A stretch of 64,000 bases of DNA from Macrostomum lignano. Its lineage: Eukaryota. The stretch spans positions 218,875 through 282,874 of the forward strand of contig NIVC01001474.1 of assembly GCA_002269645.1 (NCBI GenBank). Direction: 5' to 3'. The notes under the pieces were generated by a model that was not told the origin of the DNA, did not search any database, and was given only the letters and a program-made list of their open reading frames with translations. Position 1 is the first letter of the stretch, and each line of letters starts with the position of its first letter. This document shows, piece after piece, positions 62,101-64,000 of the stretch. A program made the translations under genes and the position numbers.

Positions 62101-64000
62101 ATTTTGAATAGTTGCAGCTGCTGACTCATTGATCGTAGTAGTACGAGCTCGTAAACATTGAAACAAAGATTCTCAACGTTCTCTATTCTGTTCCTACGTT
62201 TTAACACGCTGTTTTGCCTTTTGTAACCTTTTTTGGTAGGAAATCTTGTGCCGTTGCGGCTTGTTTATTCTGTCATCAAATTAATTATAAGTTCATACTT
62301 AGAAGTGAAAAAATGCTTGTACAAGCCGTGCGATACAAAAAAAATTGTTTTGCTTTTTCTTTAGTTAGAGCAAAGGTCTTAGCCTTTAAGTTAGACTCTA
62401 AATGTACTACGTCCTTTCTGTCCTTCGATTGGTAAGAGGTGACTTCTCAATAAAAGTTTTCAATCGCAGTGAGACTGGTCTTTATCTTTGGAATTTGCGG
62501 CATGTGAAACGCTTTTTTAAAACTGCTTAAATGACCTATAAATAGTTGCAAGTGGATTATGGGCATCCAGGACGAAGGCCTTCAGTGACATCATGTCACA
62601 ACCAGTGCTAACTAAGAAGAGCACCAATACTGTACGCAGTCACACACACGCTCGCCACAAGGTGTACAGCGCCAATTTGACTTTCTCTAATCGGCAGGCA
62701 TGTACACTCTCTGTGACTTGGGTGTCGGCTGTCATGATGTAAGTCGCACGACATCACTCATATGACTGTGTTTATGGCTTGTGTGTTTGCCGTAAATTTG
62801 CAAAAACGGGTTGCAATTTTTAGTTCTCATCTGCATCGCGCTGCCTCAGAAGAAATGCGAAATCATTCTCCCTCCAATTCACTGTTGAGAAGTGGGCTCG
62901 GCCCTATGAATTATAGATATCACTTGCTGCCCAATGAAGAGCTAGCACTAGCGTCTATGACAACGGATTTTCCTGCTATTGAAATGTGGCAAACAAGAAG
63001 TAATTAATTGGGCTTAAGCTCCCGGTGCGTGATGGGATGAAAAGAGGGAGATAGCGATGTAGTATGGTAGAGGCATGTAAAAGTTGGCTCAACAATGGGC
63101 TCTTAAAGAGTAATTTTTTGTTTTTCAAGCTAACGTGATGACAGTTTCCCAGAAAAGATGTGTGTACTGTTTAAGAAGAATTAAATTCTAGTTAAAATTA
63201 TAGCCTTAGTAAAACGCGTGCACTGCTCCCATTGTCTAACTTAGCTTAACTTAACTTAGTCAACTGACGCGTAGCTTCAAGCATTCCAAATTGTATTCTT
63301 TGCAATCCAGAAAATCGATGCAGCCAACCCTCTCTGCACTGAACCTTCTTGTTTACTTGAACCTGTTCACTGGTAAAAGCTTTTGTTAAATAAAAAAACT
63401 GCTTTTGAGAATGCTTTTACATCTAGCTCAGCGTTGGGCGACTATGAATTGCCTAAACTTAATGATATCTGTGCTGTGCAGATGCATATTTGAAAGCGTC
63501 GAAATGCAGTATAAAAGGCATTGTCGGCTGATTTTCCATGCAGGAATGGCATTCTTGCACTCTTTTGCGTGCAGGAATGGATATCTATGGTAAAATCTCA
63601 CTGAAAAAGCATTAGGCGCAGAAATGCATTCCTGCACGGTTTTGTGCATTCCTGCACACCATGAATCATCCGACAATGGGATTCCTTCACGTTCAGGAAT
63701 ATACCATTGCTGCACGTTTGAAATATCAATGGTCCAAAATAGAAAGTGTAGACATGAAGTTGTAAGTCAAGTAGCAGAAGGTTCATAGCTAGCTTAAGCT
63801 AAACGCACGACTGCGATCAAAGGCTAATGGATTTCATTTTGGATTCAACAACCGCAATGCCGTGAATGCTTGACGATCTCATTCAATTGGACGCGATGAA
63901 GTTGAAGCTTCTCAGCTCTGAGATCAATGAAATGGATATTATGCAATTGGACAATACGCCGGTCTGTTCAAGTGCAAGAAAATTAGTGCTTCGTATGTTT

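Noticed and set aside
61478-62207. Antisense ORFs opposite the ion channel (and similar ORFs opposite the GPCR, cGLR and ACSL exons)
   Set aside because: These are shadow ORFs of GC-rich coding sequence with no independent motifs.

Overview
This is eukaryotic (metazoan) genomic DNA, not prokaryotic: it has GT-AG spliced genes, a tRNA-derived SINE family, LINE and LTR debris, and many minisatellites packed into introns. The style resembles a free-living flatworm such as Macrostomum, which is an inference only. Recognisable genes are ZNG1/CBWD zinc chaperone (minus, 3 exons seen, 3' end outside the window), an ankyrin-repeat protein fused to a Mab-21/cGAS-like nucleotidyltransferase (heavily frameshifted), an LRAT/NlpC-P60-like protein with twelve 18-aa repeats, an intronless class-B/adhesion-like GPCR, a CYB561D-type cytochrome b561, an intronless acyl-CoA ligase, an orphan 2-exon protein, a 5-exon ACSL-like gene with a degenerate P-loop, and an intronless divergent Cys-loop channel subunit. 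The most interesting candidate is the ankyrin-cGAS-like receptor fusion. No CRISPR array, rRNA or true tRNA gene was found. All family calls come from motif recognition by eye; no searches were run.
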